64,000 bases of DNA, taken from positions 64,048,001 to 64,112,000 of the forward strand of contig NW_024704743.1 of the NCBI RefSeq assembly GCF_018977255.1, given 5' to 3'. This DNA is from Callorhinchus milii. Lineage: Eukaryota. A model generated the notes under the pieces. It saw only the letters and a program-made list of their open reading frames with translations. It was not told the DNA's origin and did no database searches. Shown piece after piece: positions 61,050 to 64,000 of the stretch. Made by a program: the position numbers and the translations under genes. Position 1 is the stretch's first letter. Every line of letters starts with the position of its first letter.

Positions 61050-63280
61050 AGTGATCCATGTCATTAGCAATTGTAGTATAAAACCTGGCTTACAATATAA
61101 GAAGAATGTGGCCCCTGCCAGAGTTTACTTAACTACACTATTGCATGTCCATCACTCAATGTGTCACAGTCCTATTTCTGGCCCCAGTAGCTTAAGGAAT
61201 AACCCTTACCTATTGATTGATGTAGAGGTTCCCTGTAGTTAGCACAAGGAATGCAGAGCTTGACTTTTTACGGGCTCAATAATATAGCAGGAATGTGCTG
61301 ACATGGTAAAATTCCTATGTCATGTTGCCTGATAAAATAAATAGCATGGTGCCTGCAATCACACAATGTTAAATGTTTCTCAGGTTGCCAATTCTCAAGG
61401 TGCAGTACTTTCTTTCAAATAATCCATCTAAGCAAATGGTAAACCAATGAAACAGTTCTCCTCCCCCTCCCACTGGCTGCTATAACTAACAGGTTTACAA
61501 GACACTGTGGGATCGAAATGCAGCAGTTTGCAACAGGATGATGACTAATAGCAACTCAGTCATCAATGAGAAAAAAATTTGTTAACCAACAGAAAGAAAG
61601 GGCCACCACCCAGGATGTAGATTCAGGCGTCTCGGCATGTTGGCTGTGCCCAGCACATACTGGTTACCATCAGGATTCACCGATAGTGACTCGCAGTCAC
61701 TATTAGTGGAACTCATTGTGAACCACTGCTTTTTGGACTCCGAGTATAGATCATCTCAAAGAACCTTGATGCAAGCAGGATAAAATCTTTTGTGGACTGT
61801 TGAAGCTACAATTTCGGCCAATGTTGTGTGCAGCACCTTTAATGCTGTCACAACTGGTGGGACTTTCCCAATACACTAGATAATACACAATTTATCGAGG
61901 CACTGCTTGTAATGCTGACTAGAATTTTAGAGTTTAAGAATATCTGAACTCGGTTGATAGTTCCATGGTATGCATACCAGGACTCAGGACTACCAGACCA
62001 ACACAGAGAATCAACCTAACTTCGAAATTTTGATTTTCATTGGCAAGTACCTTGGAAGTACCTGACACGCTGTTTCTATTCTCTGCACTAACACACACAC
62101 ACACACCCCCCGCCCACCCCACACCCCCACACACACACCGAAGGATAATCACCAGTTGGACACTAGACATCTGCCAAGTGCAGACTGTAGCCTTCACTGT
62201 GTGGACAGGGGGTACCAGGAACTCATGGTGAACAACAAAACATTCAGCATGAGATGTGTAACAGTATTACCACCAAATACACATCTTGGACACACCCAAC
62301 CCATTGAGAGGTGATTCCACTAGTTGAAAATGTATAGCTTAAACAGCAGTTTCTTGCCTCTCTGCATACTAGTCAGGATGAATACCAAGACCTGTATATC
62401 AAGCCCTGGATATAGGAACAAACCTATATTTTACATGTACCTGAAGTCCAGGAAACACCTTCCAGTAACTGTTGTTTCAAGCCTCAAAGTTTCCTCATCA
62501 AGTGTTTGATAAAAGCTTAACTTCAGTGAGGTGGAAAGACCTATACAGGGCAATTTATGATGTGCTACGCACCTGGATATTCTAGAGGTCTAATTTCAAT
62601 GCTGAGGACTAGGTTTACTCAACACCAAATGTTTAATCCAGGTTGTCTTGTGATACCTTTGAGGACCCTCTCTATCTGTGTAGATCCATAAACTAACCTT
62701 GAAGACACCACCATCATGTCCCACTGAGGTTGCCTTAAATACCAAGTCCATCCCTCTAACTACCATTCAATAAAATATTGGTAAATAAGGTGACAGTGGA
62801 CAACTAACCTTACCTCCCTTTCAAGAGGGATAGGCTAAGCAAGTCTTCTTTTACATCTTATATGTATTGTTGAACTGGAATACATGTCCCAGAAAAAATC
62901 CAAGATTTAGCCTTATATCAGTTTCTTCGTGAGGTTTCTTCGTAAGGTCAAAATCCTTATGGAAATCATTGCACAACATGGATGAGTTTCCCTTAACCTT
63001 TACGATATTCCACAATCTCATTCAATGTCGCACACTTCTTACAAGACATTAATCCAGCCTGTTCCTTCCTGATTAGAGCACAGGCATCCAATGCATCTGA
63101 TATGCACTCCATGACAACCTAAAGTTCACTTTAAGAGCAACTGAAATCAGTGCGATTTCTTGGTCTAACTCGGTCATTCTTTTGTATGGATAGATACAAC
63201 AACATTAATATGCCACAATTGGATTGAAGGCAATGTTTTGTTCATGTGCGTTCCTCTTCAGTATGTATTCTTCTGGAATT
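61050..63280 (-). mobile_element. Ngaro-like (DIRS order) tyrosine-recombinase retrotransposon fossil
   Basis: Minus-strand motifs in order: NIAF-NPIVA (63211-63237), CATLN, IERVLKGITRQ (62643-62675), EVKLL, GNQYV/WAQ (~61645-61668), NLLVIAASG (61469-61495) and ARKK. This fits RNase H, then YR, then SGNH hydrolase. Confidence 0.45.
62091..62138. repeat. Interrupted (CA)n microsatellite
   Basis: Direct inspection. Confidence 0.9.
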
Positions 63281-63511
63281 AGTAAATTGAAAAAAATTTC
63301 AGTTTACTATTAATATGCAACACGAGTGAACAAATGAGAAATTGAGAGACACAAGTATCAAAATTAGGTGAAGGATTTTAAGTTACAATTACAAATATAA
63401 CTAATGAGTATTTAAATAATTGTACTAAAGTTTATGAGAACAATTTGGATACATTAGACAGACATTATTTGAGTGTATTACAAAATGTGCTACACAAAGC
63501 TAATCAATAGC

Positions 63512-63819
63512 TAATAATAATAATAATAATCCTTGCATTTGATATAGCGCTTTTCACGTCGGGAGGACGTCCCAAAGCGCTTCACAGAACGTACTGTAAA
63601 GTGAATTGACTGTATATTTGTGGGCGAACGCGGCAACCATGTCCCACAAACAGTCGTAGATTGAAAATGACCAATTTATTATTGTTTTTGGTTTTTTGGA
63701 GGGATTATTATTAGGCTTGTGGAGTAAGGAAACTTGCCCAAGGTTTTGCCCTGTCTGGAATTGAACTCAGGTCTCTCACTTGCAAAGCGAGTGCTCTAAC
63801 CGCTGAGCTACAGGACTTC
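63512..63819 (-). mobile_element. SINE family A, deleted subfamily, full length, young
   Basis: Very similar to 37294-37618, including the CTCCC tail loop and the GCAAAG head variant. Confidence 0.95.
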
Positions 63820-64000
63820 ACAAAATAATGGGGGTAACGATGTAAGAGGACAAGTCAGACAACAGGAGATATGCAGTATACTCCTGTTACATATATTTTA
63901 GTACTACAGGGTTTGTTTAATTGTCCAGAATATGTGGCATTGATGTGAAATATACCACAAATGAATGGCATAAGGTTTTGTCAGACCATTGAACAATTTT

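Noticed and set aside
1..64000. CRISPR arrays, operons or prokaryotic defence systems
   Set aside because: The sequence is eukaryotic. The recurring motifs are dispersed SINE/LINE tails, not regularly spaced repeats.

Overview
This is AT-rich vertebrate non-coding DNA, either a long intron or intergenic sequence. The repeat content points to a cartilaginous fish, plausibly a holocephalan such as elephant shark; this is inferred from repeat types only. I found no intact protein-coding gene. Every ORF with a recognisable product is a decayed retroelement fragment. The window contains many CR1 and L2 LINE fragments, a young tRNA-Ala-derived SINE with an L2-type tail and (TTA)n end, an older Deu-domain (SacSINE1-like) SINE family and an LF-SINE-like copy. 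It also holds fossil Penelope-like pieces (one carries a hammerhead-ribozyme core), a heavily decayed Ngaro-like tyrosine-recombinase retrotransposon and two inverted-repeat DNA elements. Local rearrangements include a hairpin duplication, an 85-bp tandem duplication and a near-identical inverted CR1 tract. A CTCF motif and a few weak exon candidates are noted. I see no convincing new biological system. The most interesting signals are retroelement evolution and ancient repeat fossils. Family names come from remembered consensus motifs rather than database searches, and boundaries are approximate.
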